64,000 nucleotides of DNA. Origin: a virus (Duplodnaviria; Caudoviricetes). This document shows positions 28,604-37,693 of this stretch, piece after piece. Made by a program: the position numbers and the translations under genes. The notes below the pieces were generated by a model. The model saw only the letters and a list, made by a program, of their open reading frames with translations, ran no database searches and was not told the DNA's origin. The number at the start of each line of letters is the position of its first letter. Within the stretch, counting starts at the first letter, position 1. The stretch is from the IMG/VR virus record IMGVR_UViG_3300032259_000002, positions 13,013-77,012 of that record. One strand, written 5' to 3'.

Positions 28604-28985
28604 TCTTATCCTCCAAATTTATTATTTTATTTTCTTGAAACACTAAAGAACGCATGTCCTCCAAATGATATTTTACAGCAGATAGTTCGTTTTCCAATAT
28701 GGGCTCCCCCTCTGCTTTAATACCCAAATTATGTAACTCGGTTGCCATTGCTTTGAGAAAAGGCTTGGCCATTCCTCCAAAAATACTAAAGGTGGGTTTT
28801 TCAATAATGTGTCCATCCGGGTAAACCTTATAAGTGCCTTTACTTAAATTAGTACAGAGAGAGCGTCTGCCAAAAAGAAAAGACCCATACCCACTTATAC
28901 TAATTACCCAAATCTCTTTCATTGTTTTCCTCCTTATACCCCTACTCACATCATTTAATCTTTCTTTCCAATACTCTTCAGACAT
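28584..28985 (-). CDS. Hypothetical protein
   Basis: 133 aa; RBS present. Confidence 0.5.
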   Translation of the reverse strand: MSEEYWKERLNDVSRGIRRKTMKEIWVISISGYGSFLFGRRSLCTNLSKGTYKVYPDGHIIEKPTFSIFGGMAKPFLKAMATELHNLGIKAEGEPILENELSAVKYHLEDMRSLVFQENKIINLEDKNEKKKD

Positions 28986-28996
28986 TTATCCCACCT

Positions 28997-30871
28997 TTAT
29001 TCGATTTCAATCCTACTCCCCTCCTCATCCTTAACCACTTTTATAAAACCATCAAAACCACCAAAAGTGTGAAAATCTCTATGGTCTATCATAAACAACT
29101 TCTTTCCGGTATCCCTGGCCCGGTCATAAAGGATCTCAAGGAGATCATCAATTCCTTTTTCTGAGAGCCATTGTGTGGGCTCATCGTATATTTCAATATT
29201 AGTTTTAAAGCCCATCCTATCTGCTATAAAATCCATCATACCCAAAGTTCCGGCAAGACGGAGCCTCTGCCTTTCCCCACCACTCCAACTTTCAAAAGGA
29301 ACTAGATTCTCATTGTTTGGTGATTTTATAAAAACAGTAAATCCCTTGGTAACATTCCCTTTCTTTGATGTCTTATCCACCGATAGAAGTATTTCCCAAT
29401 CCACCAAGCCTAATTTCTCAAGACTATTATTTATCTGAATCTCAAGCTCATGTAAAGCCTCAGAGAGAATCATAAATCTAATATCTTTAAAACCATTAAC
29501 CCAATATCCATAAATACCATGATCTTCTTCATAAGAAACTAAAGATGAGTCCTTTTTCTTTTTGTTATCTTTCAGCCTTTTTATTTTAACTTTCTTTTCT
29601 TCTTCAAGTTTGGAATATGGATTATCTTTATCAATTAAAACATCGTATTCCTCTTGCTCGGAATCAATTGCTTTTTCTAATACTTCTACTCTTTTTTCAA
29701 TTTGTTCAGCCTGTAACTGTTCTTTCATCAAAACAGTATTTAAGCTTCTTATTTCATCTCTAAACTTGTATTCCTTCTGACTAGCTTTATCCAATTTATC
29801 AGAAAGATCGATTAGTAAATCTTCAGCCTCTTCTAGCTGATCCTCTAACTCAATTAAATCTTTCTTAAATTTTTGTACTTCCTTCTTAAGATGTTTACTA
29901 TCTACTTTTTGCAAACAAGTAGGGCAAACCCCTTTTAATCCTTGGAGACTGTTAAGGGTGTTTTTCAAGGATTTTATCTCTGATACGATCTCTGCTTTTA
30001 TCTGCCTGGCATCCTTTTCTTCCTCTCTTAAATCAGCAAGTGATTCAGTAATCTCGGATTGCTTCTCTTTCAGAGAATCTATTTTATCATCCAGTTTACC
30101 TATTTTTTTATCAGAATCCTTTACCTTTGATTCCAATTTTTTTATTTCTTTACTTTTCTCTTTTATACCTTGTTCTATTTCTTCAAGTTCCTCTTCTCTG
30201 CTCTTTTCCCATTCTTTTATTTTATCAGAATAATCTTCTTCTTTTAAAGAAACTATTTGTCCTGCTATATGAGAGATACTACTCTCTGTTTCCTTAATAG
30301 TGGATTCAAGTTCTAACTTCTTATCTTTAGCTTTATTACTATAATCCAGCCAACAGGCTAAAGAAGATTCCATAACACTTGAAAAAACGCTCATTTTCTC
30401 TGAAGGTATCAAATCGAAAAACTTTGAACTAAATTGTGATATTAAAATACTATAAAGAAAGGCCTCAAAATTAAAACCAATCAGAGAAGTGACATCTTCG
30501 TTTGTAATTATTTTGGCCTTTCCTCCATCTTCAGATAAACAAAGTTTATTGGGATTCCAAGTTCTTGTCAGAAGATATGGGGTAGAATCAACTTCCATTC
30601 TCAAAGAAACCATTGTTTTTATATTACTATTCCAACAACTAATATTGCCGGCTTTTAGATTGGTAGGTACCTTCTCAAATAATACCCAACATAATGAATC
30701 CCAGATGGAGGATTTCCCTGCACCATTGGCTCCTAATTTGGGCTCTACTCGGTTCTCTCCCGTTATAAAATAAAATCCTGGGTCAAGATCATCAATAAAA
30801 AAAGACTGGGCCTTATCGAAAGATTTAAAGCCTTGTATAATATCTAAACTTTTAAACTCTATTACTGGCAT
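28997..30871 (-). CDS. sbcC: SbcC/Rad50-like (gp46-like) recombination ATPase
   Basis: GANGAGKS Walker A, CPTC zinc hook, coiled coils, WSGGE signature, YDEP Walker B. Confidence 0.93.
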   Translation of the reverse strand: MPVIEFKSLDIIQGFKSFDKAQSFFIDDLDPGFYFITGENRVEPKLGANGAGKSSIWDSLCWVLFEKVPTNLKAGNISCWNSNIKTMVSLRMEVDSTPYLLTRTWNPNKLCLSEDGGKAKIITNEDVTSLIGFNFEAFLYSILISQFSSKFFDLIPSEKMSVFSSVMESSLACWLDYSNKAKDKKLELESTIKETESSISHIAGQIVSLKEEDYSDKIKEWEKSREEELEEIEQGIKEKSKEIKKLESKVKDSDKKIGKLDDKIDSLKEKQSEITESLADLREEEKDARQIKAEIVSEIKSLKNTLNSLQGLKGVCPTCLQKVDSKHLKKEVQKFKKDLIELEDQLEEAEDLLIDLSDKLDKASQKEYKFRDEIRSLNTVLMKEQLQAEQIEKRVEVLEKAIDSEQEEYDVLIDKDNPYSKLEEEKKVKIKRLKDNKKKKDSSLVSYEEDHGIYGYWVNGFKDIRFMILSEALHELEIQINNSLEKLGLVDWEILLSVDKTSKKGNVTKGFTVFIKSPNNENLVPFESWSGGERQRLRLAGTLGMMDFIADRMGFKTNIEIYDEPTQWLSEKGIDDLLEILYDRARDTGKKLFMIDHRDFHTFGGFDGFIKVVKDEEGSRIEIE

Positions 30872-30884
30872 TTATAAACCCTCC

Positions 30885-31151
30885 TTAAAGATCCGGTACC
30901 TTTCCCCTGGCGATAAAACAATCAAGGCATAGGGGTCGTAGGATCTTACCTTTCCTGCTTTCTGGTTTATCTAATATCATGTGCTCTTCTTTTTTTGCGA
31001 ATTTAAAACCACAATCAAAACAAATAAAATGAGAGACCTCTTCAAAACTCTTTAAATTTTCTAAAAAGATACCAGAGGCATTAAGATAACATCCTCTATT
31101 ACTCAAAGAACCTTTCATAGCTCTATAAACATTATCAGATTCCAATGTCAA
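30885..31151 (-). CDS. Small zinc-finger protein
   Basis: CFDC...CLDC. Confidence 0.45.
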   Translation of the reverse strand: MTLESDNVYRAMKGSLSNRGCYLNASGIFLENLKSFEEVSHFICFDCGFKFAKKEEHMILDKPESRKGKILRPLCLDCFIARGKVPDL

Positions 31152-32151
31152 TACCCATTATTCCTTCAGCTTTTTTTCTATGCCTAGAATCAAGATTCTC
31201 ATTATCAATAAATCTACCAAGAATTATATCCGGGGACTCTATCTTCTTTTTATTCCCAGACTTCTGAGCCCTTCTCACTCTTCCGACTTTTATTTTTTCA
31301 GGAATCATCTTAAGACCAAAAAGCTGTACCCCTTCTTTTTGACAATAAGATTTAACTTCTTTTTTAATAGCCGGCCAGTCTGGAAAATAAGTAGGATGTA
31401 ACTCGATAGTAATTTTAACCTGATCTCCTTCCTGGAAATCTATTTCCTCTAAATCAATAGGGTCTTTTATTTTAATACTCCATTTCTTCAGACAGGGGTA
31501 CTCTAAATCATAATCATCACCATCCTCTATTAAAATAACTCTTCCTTGAAAATCATCTCCAAAATATACTGGATAAGGAGAACCTATATACTCAACGCCA
31601 TTATCTTCCTGAGGCATGTGGATATCTCCTGAGTAAACCCATCCATCAAAAGAAGAAAAGAAATCTTTGGACATTCCTTTATCTAAAGAAAATCCATTAG
31701 GTACTTTAGAGCCTACCACTGTTTGATGCATATTAATTGTGTGAAAAGTGTTAATCTTTTTTAGCAGCTTTTCCCATCCCCATTCTTTTACTGGATCTCT
31801 GGCATGCGGCAAAAAAAGCTCCTCTCCAATAACGGTAGGTTCCTTAATAAAAGTTATATTTGGGATATATTTTAAAAATTGAAAAAAAGGTGAGGATTGC
31901 TCAATATAATCATGATTTCCCTGAAGAAATAATATTTCGCATTTTTCAGATAAGGAGACCAAGGCATTAACTATTTTATTTGTAAGATCTGATTTATGCT
32001 GGTCTTTCTTCTCGGTCAGATCACCAAGAATATCCAGTCTGTCCACTTTATTCTTTAAAATATGCCTCTCTAACCAAGGGAAAAAATCCCATTTATACTG
32101 ATCTGCCTTTCCATCAGTCAGGTGCAAATCTGCCGTTTTAATTATATTCAT
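31135..32151 (-). CDS. sbcD: SbcD/Mre11-like (gp47-like) nuclease
   Basis: ADLH, LGDL, GNHD, GDIH metallophosphoesterase motifs. Confidence 0.93.
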   Translation of the reverse strand: MNIIKTADLHLTDGKADQYKWDFFPWLERHILKNKVDRLDILGDLTEKKDQHKSDLTNKIVNALVSLSEKCEILFLQGNHDYIEQSSPFFQFLKYIPNITFIKEPTVIGEELFLPHARDPVKEWGWEKLLKKINTFHTINMHQTVVGSKVPNGFSLDKGMSKDFFSSFDGWVYSGDIHMPQEDNGVEYIGSPYPVYFGDDFQGRVILIEDGDDYDLEYPCLKKWSIKIKDPIDLEEIDFQEGDQVKITIELHPTYFPDWPAIKKEVKSYCQKEGVQLFGLKMIPEKIKVGRVRRAQKSGNKKKIESPDIILGRFIDNENLDSRHRKKAEGIMGIDIGI

Positions 32152-32166
32152 TTTTAACCTTTTCTC

Positions 32167-32745
32167 TTATAAAGATTTTAACACTCCAAGAACCTGTTTG
32201 AATTGATCCGTAGCAATGCCGGCATGAATAACCCCAATCGCATCGGCTAAATGCTCATTATCTAAAGTATAAGATTCCACTCCTTTTTGCTTCTTAATCT
32301 TCCACCCGGCTTCTGGATATAAGGAAGTAGCCCACTCAATCATTTCAGCCTTAGATGCCGTTTTCTTTCCCACCGCTCCCTTCTTGACTTCCAAGGCAGT
32401 TACCTCAATTATAGGCAAAGGGCAACAAGATAGAACTCCTACTGCAATACCCAGAGCTTTACAAGCCTTTGCTGATTGTGAGCCACTTGGGATCTCAGAA
32501 AAAACCATTGAAGCCTCTGCATAATGATCATCTAAAAATAGACGAATCTCCCTGGCTCTTCTTAAATCATCACTACTCACCCTTACTCCTTTTCCTGATC
32601 TTTTCTCAGTCTTTAACAAATGCATAGAAATAATAGTAATTTCAAAAGAATCCAAACTTAAATTTGCTGCGACTGCTCCGAAATTAGAAAAAGAAGGATC
32701 TAGCCCTAAAACTCTAATAGTATTTTTATTTCTTCTTACTCTCAT
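32167..32745 (-). CDS. ruvC: RuvC-like Holliday junction resolvase
   Basis: VLGLDPSFSNFG, FSEIP, EHLADA. Confidence 0.88.
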   Translation of the reverse strand: MRVRRNKNTIRVLGLDPSFSNFGAVAANLSLDSFEITIISMHLLKTEKRSGKGVRVSSDDLRRAREIRLFLDDHYAEASMVFSEIPSGSQSAKACKALGIAVGVLSCCPLPIIEVTALEVKKGAVGKKTASKAEMIEWATSLYPEAGWKIKKQKGVESYTLDNEHLADAIGVIHAGIATDQFKQVLGVLKSL

Positions 32746-32746
32746 A

Positions 32747-33067
32747 TTATTTACCTATCTTTTTTAATAAATTAGAACCCTTCTTGGTCAATACAAAATA
32801 CTCTTTGCATTTGCATTTATGATTTTCCTTAATAAGACTTCTTGCCAATAGTGCTTCTCTTGTTCTTTTATGTATACCAGAGACATGCCTCCCATGCGTT
32901 TCTGTTTTTTCAATTAATTTTAAAACCTTAAGTTGTGGTTCCGATATTTGCCAAATATCTATAGGTATGGTCTTGCTTTTATTTCTAAGTAATTTTTTTC
33001 TTCTGTATTCTTTCTGGTATCTTTTCTGGTATTCTTTTAGAGAAAGATTTCCTTTTTTAACAATCAT
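32747..33067 (-). CDS. Basic hypothetical protein
   Basis: 106 aa, coupled. Confidence 0.55.
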   Translation of the reverse strand: MIVKKGNLSLKEYQKRYQKEYRRKKLLRNKSKTIPIDIWQISEPQLKVLKLIEKTETHGRHVSGIHKRTREALLARSLIKENHKCKCKEYFVLTKKGSNLLKKIGK

Positions 33068-33318
33068 TATATTTTCCTCGCTAAATTAACGCTTGTCCAA
33101 TTAGGTTCATCTTTTTTTATAACCTTCTTTTGTTTATCCAGGGCATCATGTAATTCAGAAAGAGGTATAGGTACCTGTTCAAAAAAAGATTTTAACTTTA
33201 TCAAAGGAGATCTGGTATCTTTAAGATCTACTCCGGCCAGCTTGACTTTCTTATCCCCTTCAAGCCTGTAAAGATAAACCATCTTTCTTTCTTCCAAAAT
33301 AACATAAGAATGCCCCAT
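33067..33318 (-). CDS. Hypothetical protein
   Basis: 83 aa, coupled. Confidence 0.55.
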   Translation of the reverse strand: MGHSYVILEERKMVYLYRLEGDKKVKLAGVDLKDTRSPLIKLKSFFEQVPIPLSELHDALDKQKKVIKKDEPNWTSVNLARKI

Positions 33319-34344
33319 TTAGTACTTTTTCCCTTTAGGAAGAAAACTAACTTCTATATCAGACCATACTTCTCTTACAAGAGCGTTTACCTCATCCACG
33401 AAATCTGTATCTCTTTCTGCCATATTTTCTTTTACTATTTTTGGTATATCCTTTTTTGTTATATTCAATTCAGAGAGAGCTTTGACCTGGTCTAACCATT
33501 CAAGACTTGCAGTTAAATCATCTACTCCATATCCAAAAATAGTAGGAAACTCACAATCACGGAAAGGGAGTCCTACCTTATTCTTTTTGCACTGAGCTTT
33601 TACCTGTATACCATATACTCTTTTAACTCCCCGGATAGTCTTTCTTAATTTTTTTATCTCAGCTAACCAAAGAACCTGAGAAGCATAAAAATCAAGTGCT
33701 TTCCCTCCGGTTCTTGATTTCTTTTCTCCAAACATTGCTCCTATCTTATCCCTAATCTGGGACACTATAAATAGGGTAAGATTGACCTCATTCATTTCTG
33801 AAATAAGCCGTCTAAACATTTCGGACATTTTTTTCTGTTTTCCCATACCATAAGAGCCCTCATCGATATCTCTGGCTTTTTCTGCTCTGTCTGAAAGAGC
33901 GTCTAAAGAATCAGTTATCCATAATGCAGGTCTTTTTGATATCCTCAATTCTGCAATCTTTTCAGTAATCTTTTCAAAAGTATACTCTACGGTGTTATCA
34001 TTCTTAGGATCATCTTCTCCTACGAAATTAATGATATCAACAGGCATGCCCAAAGCCTGGGCATAAGGTTTATCAAAAGCTGATTCAGCTTCTTGATAAT
34101 TAATGTCAGCACTACTTCCATGCTTATCATAAAAATTAGCACAAACCTCGATAGCCTGAAGAGTTTTCCCAGAACTTTTATCCCCTACTATATTGAATAC
34201 TCTGCCTTCTGCGACTCCACCACCTAAAACGCAATTAAGGAGTTGGCATCCTGTTGAGATAAACCCAATAGGTTTTTCTGAAGCAAAATAATTATTTTCA
34301 GATTTATTTCTTTTTTTCCTTTTTACTCTTTTTTCTCTAGCCAC
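33319..34344 (-). CDS. recA: RecA/UvsX-like recombinase (start codon is GTG)
   Basis: GDKSSGKT, TDSLDAL, SQIRDKIG, GGKALDFYAS, KNKV. Confidence 0.95.
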   Translation of the reverse strand: MAREKRVKRKKRNKSENNYFASEKPIGFISTGCQLLNCVLGGGVAEGRVFNIVGDKSSGKTLQAIEVCANFYDKHGSSADINYQEAESAFDKPYAQALGMPVDIINFVGEDDPKNDNTVEYTFEKITEKIAELRISKRPALWITDSLDALSDRAEKARDIDEGSYGMGKQKKMSEMFRRLISEMNEVNLTLFIVSQIRDKIGAMFGEKKSRTGGKALDFYASQVLWLAEIKKLRKTIRGVKRVYGIQVKAQCKKNKVGLPFRDCEFPTIFGYGVDDLTASLEWLDQVKALSELNITKKDIPKIVKENMAERDTDFVDEVNALVREVWSDIEVSFLPKGKKY

Positions 34345-34368
34345 TGAAAACTCCTTTTTAAAAGATCA

Positions 34369-34444
34369 TTGTAGAGGCTGGGAATTGAATGGCAGTTGGC
34401 CTCTGCCTATATCCCTTGTTTTATCCATTCCCAGCACTCCACAA
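34369..34444 (-). ncRNA. Structured intergenic leader between ssb and recA
   Basis: TTGTGGAG-T-GCTGGGAAT pairs with ATTCCCAGC-CTCTACAA and encloses a GGCAG/CTGCC hairpin. Confidence 0.45.
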
Positions 34445-34457
34445 TAAACTAAATTAC

Positions 34458-35555
34458 CTACTTTTTTGAACGTTTTCTTTTCAAAGCATTCAATTTCTTA
34501 CTACCCTTACTTTTACCTTTTTTGGACGATTTTTCTTCGTCCTCATCTTCATCTTCTTCTTCGTCCTCATCTTCTTCGTCTTCTTCATCTTCAGGCTCCT
34601 CTTCTTCCTCATCAGGAACATCAATTTCAAGTTCCTCACAAATAGCCTCAAGAAGTTCTTCTTCATCCATATCTTCTACATCATCCTCATCAAGACCAAT
34701 CTCATCTGCAACTTTCTTTAATTTCCTAGCAGACATCTCCGAAAGATCTTCGTACTCGTAAAGACCCACATCATCTGATTTTGATTTCTTGGACTTCTTA
34801 GATTTACTTTTTCTGGATTTTGATTCCTCTTCCTCATCAGATGAATCAGAAGAGCCCCCTCCAAAAATATCGGCAACGTAATCATAATCAAAAAAGTTAA
34901 GAACCTCCGGAATTGGATTCTCGTCAATAAACTCAAGAGCCTCATCATTATCCAATTCACTTGGTTTTCTGGAAATCTTAACTCCCTCATATTTGGTCTT
35001 GATACCTTTTCCAGTTCTTTCGAACTCAATGTCAAAACCAGCTTCAGGGTGGTCAATCTCAAGAACTTCCCCGCTTCTTTTATCAACAGAGATTTTGCAA
35101 ACATCTCTATCAAATCCCCAGGGAGAAGCCCATATCTGAGCACCCTTATCTTCATTATCTCGATCAAGTAAATAGAAGGCCACCCTTTGTTTTGGCTCAA
35201 GATCCTTGGCATAATCCTCATCGCCTTCTTTAGCAGCTCTGGCTCTTTCCTCACATATAGGACAAGCCTCATTCAGCATTTTCTTGCGACATAAATAGGC
35301 GCTATTATCCGGGCCTATTCCATAGTGGACATAAATATCATAACCATAATGGTCAGGCTCTTCCCAGGTTGGCGGCAAAGGCCGGATAAGATTATCACCA
35401 TCATTGGGAGCAAAAGTGATAATATTATCTTTAAAAAGAGTATCAAAATCACCTCCTCCCTTTTCGGCTCTTTCTTTGGCTTTACTAGAATCCCTGCTCG
35501 TGTACTTAAACTTTTTACTTTTCTTTTTATCCTTCTTCTTTTTGTCTCTTCTCAT
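34458..35555 (-). CDS. Single-stranded DNA-binding protein (gp32-like)
   Basis: GDNLIRPLPP, YVHY, YLCRKK...CPICE zinc motif, GFDIEFERTGKG..TKY; very acidic tail. Confidence 0.8.
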   Translation of the reverse strand: MRRDKKKKDKKKSKKFKYTSRDSSKAKERAEKGGGDFDTLFKDNIITFAPNDGDNLIRPLPPTWEEPDHYGYDIYVHYGIGPDNSAYLCRKKMLNEACPICEERARAAKEGDEDYAKDLEPKQRVAFYLLDRDNEDKGAQIWASPWGFDRDVCKISVDKRSGEVLEIDHPEAGFDIEFERTGKGIKTKYEGVKISRKPSELDNDEALEFIDENPIPEVLNFFDYDYVADIFGGGSSDSSDEEEESKSRKSKSKKSKKSKSDDVGLYEYEDLSEMSARKLKKVADEIGLDEDDVEDMDEEELLEAICEELEIDVPDEEEEEPEDEEDEEDEDEEEDEDEDEEKSSKKGKSKGSKKLNALKRKRSKK

Positions 35556-35716
35556 TACTGATCCTCCTCATATGATCTTCTTTTGATTTAAAGTAAGCGG
35601 CACTCCCGACTCTTAAAATATTATACACAACAAAAAGAACTCCCAAAATAATCAATACCGTCTGAGACATATCTTTAAGAGTTTGTAGTATAGAGACCTC
35701 TCCCATAGTAACTCCT

Positions 35717-36223
35717 TTATTCCTGCGTTCTTCTTTTCTTTCTTCTACTGCTTTTTAAAACCTCCCTATCCTTGTCATGTCCTATCTTTCCACCAGCTTC
35801 TTCTACTCCCTTAATAGAGCTGGAGGTATAGTACCCTGCAAGGTATAATTCACAAAGTCTTTTTATCATGGATGATCTTTGTAAAAAAGAATCTTTTCTG
35901 ATAGACCATAAATCGGCTTCAAGTTTTGCTTCCAAATACTCTTCATTTGCCTCAATATAATCCTCATCCAAAAGAATAGAGGCTTCAATTCCTTTTTCGG
36001 TAATCTTCTCTCCTTTCTCACTCGCATCACTTCTGAGTTTTTTTGCTATATCTGAATGAACTTTGGATAATTCATCTTTTTTAAAATCTCTCTCACTGAC
36101 TGCTCTGGCATGTTTATCAGCAACGGTATCAAAGATGTCAGCATGTGTGAGGCAAACATCATCCAAATTATCTTTATCTATACTGAGCAGTTCCTTGGCT
36201 TCTTCTAAAGTAAGTCCTTTCAA
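35717..36223 (-). CDS. UvsY-like recombination mediator
   Basis: LSIDKDNLD...KITEKGIEASI...EDY; coiled coil; next to ssb and recA. Confidence 0.6.
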   Translation of the reverse strand: MKGLTLEEAKELLSIDKDNLDDVCLTHADIFDTVADKHARAVSERDFKKDELSKVHSDIAKKLRSDASEKGEKITEKGIEASILLDEDYIEANEEYLEAKLEADLWSIRKDSFLQRSSMIKRLCELYLAGYYTSSSIKGVEEAGGKIGHDKDREVLKSSRRKKRRTQE

Positions 36224-36237
36224 AGTAATCTCCTTTC

Positions 36238-36516
36238 TTAAAATCTATTAGTATTGGGTATCTTATCACATGGCCCCTCGGTATCTCTTTTATTTTCAAA
36301 AACTAGCTCATCGACCAGCTCCAACTGGGGCTCATCGAAATATTGGGGATCTACTATTTTCCCTTCATGGAGCGTTTCAGATTTTACTCCATAGGTATTG
36401 CAGTTATATAACCACTGAGACCTGCTATTTATTATACCAGTAAAACCAGAAATTACATCCTTTACCCTATCTCCAAGTTCAAAGACAAAATCATACTCTC
36501 CTTTTGTTTCTGACAT
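36238..36516 (-). CDS. Hypothetical protein (MSETK start shared with queD)
   Basis: FELGDRVKDVISGFTG...YFDEPQL, an SH3-like small phage protein. Confidence 0.7.
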   Translation of the reverse strand: MSETKGEYDFVFELGDRVKDVISGFTGIINSRSQWLYNCNTYGVKSETLHEGKIVDPQYFDEPQLELVDELVFENKRDTEGPCDKIPNTNRF

Positions 36517-36598
36517 ATCTTTACTCCTTTTTAATTATTTAATCCTTTATATATAATACCCTTATTTTAAATTAACGTTGGTTAATCATTGAAAATAA
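36501..36598. repeat. 98-bp direct repeat, copy 1
   Basis: Matches 50006-50103 with one mismatch. Confidence 0.95.
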
Positions 36599-37517
36599 CC
36601 CCGGAAGTGGCCAAAATCAAATCAGACATGCCAGTTGCCTGATAAAAAGAATCTGAAAACTCTTCAAGCACTTCTAAAAAACGCAAAGCCTCCTTTTCTG
36701 ATTTAGAATTCAATAAACAAGCAGAGATATAATTGACCACCTGTATCCGCACACTCTCTGGATTAAGCTCTTTAAATTCTTTTAAAAATCTCTGAGCTTC
36801 TTTCCATGACCTCTTATTACTTATAAGAAACCGGCAAAACTCAATCACCTCCGAAGAATCTAAAGGAGTTCTTAATATTTCTGCCACTTCTTCCTTGCTA
36901 GTACAGCCTCTCGCCTGAGATAAATATACCAAGGCCTGTCTGGGACTTCCTATAGATTCACGCGCTATTAAAGGTAAAGAATTCTTTGGTAATTTAATGC
37001 CCTCTTCTTCACAGACATATTCCATGAGATCTATCAAGTCATCCGACCTCACATCTTTTAAAGTGTAACTATGGCATCTGGTTTTGATAGTTTTGGGTAC
37101 CTTATTGAACTCAGTAGTACAAAAGCTAAAATAGACATGGGAAGGGGGCTCTTCTATTATTTTAAGAAGACTATTCCAAGAAGCCTTGGAAAGCATATGA
37201 GCCTCATCGATTATAACAAATTTATTTGAATTTTTACCAAAGGAAGAGTATTGGAGTTGACTTGATATTTCTCTCCATGCATCAATACCGGTATGAGTGG
37301 CAGCATCTACTTCTATTATAGCATTACCTTCGCATTTAAGATGTCCGGCTATTATCCTGGCCAGAGTAGTTTTTCCAGTTCCGGATGACCCTGTAAATAT
37401 GAAAGCATGTGGAAGTTCTTTTTTAAATAAAGACCTCAATGATTTTACTACAGCATCCTGGCCTATTACTTCATCGAGTTCTTCAGGTCTATATTTTCTG
37501 TGAAAATCTTCTGACAT
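36582..37517 (-). CDS. dnaX: Clamp loader, DNA polymerase III gamma/tau-like AAA+
   Basis: HRKYRP, GSSGTGKTT, IIDEAHML, TRC; AGGAGG RBS supports the MSEDF start at 37517. Confidence 0.93.
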   Translation of the reverse strand: MSEDFHRKYRPEELDEVIGQDAVVKSLRSLFKKELPHAFIFTGSSGTGKTTLARIIAGHLKCEGNAIIEVDAATHTGIDAWREISSQLQYSSFGKNSNKFVIIDEAHMLSKASWNSLLKIIEEPPSHVYFSFCTTEFNKVPKTIKTRCHSYTLKDVRSDDLIDLMEYVCEEEGIKLPKNSLPLIARESIGSPRQALVYLSQARGCTSKEEVAEILRTPLDSSEVIEFCRFLISNKRSWKEAQRFLKEFKELNPESVRIQVVNYISACLLNSKSEKEALRFLEVLEEFSDSFYQATGMSDLILATSGVIFND

Positions 37518-37531
37518 TACTTTACCTCCTT

Positions 37532-37693
37532 TCAATCTTCAAAATGTTTGTTGTGGTCTGTTCTCCATTTATACTCCTGATCTGCTTCTGTTGCGATAGA
37601 ATCGTCTTCGCAATTCTCGGCCAGCCATTTAAGATATCCGGAAGGTACTTCTTCTAAATCTTTTCCCTTATATTTTCCCCAGGGCATTATCAT
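37532..37693 (-). CDS. Small protein with an MPWGKYKG motif (DUF3820-like)
   Basis: Hand translation MIMPWGKYKGKDLEEVPSGYLKWL... (53 aa). Confidence 0.7.
   Translation of the reverse strand: MIMPWGKYKGKDLEEVPSGYLKWLAENCEDDSIATEADQEYKWRTDHNKHFED

Noticed and set aside
35621-35629. DnaA box TTATACACA overlapping the -10 upstream of ssb (another at 28134-28142)
   Set aside because: About nine matches to TTWTNCACA are expected by chance in this AT-rich window, and there is no clustering.
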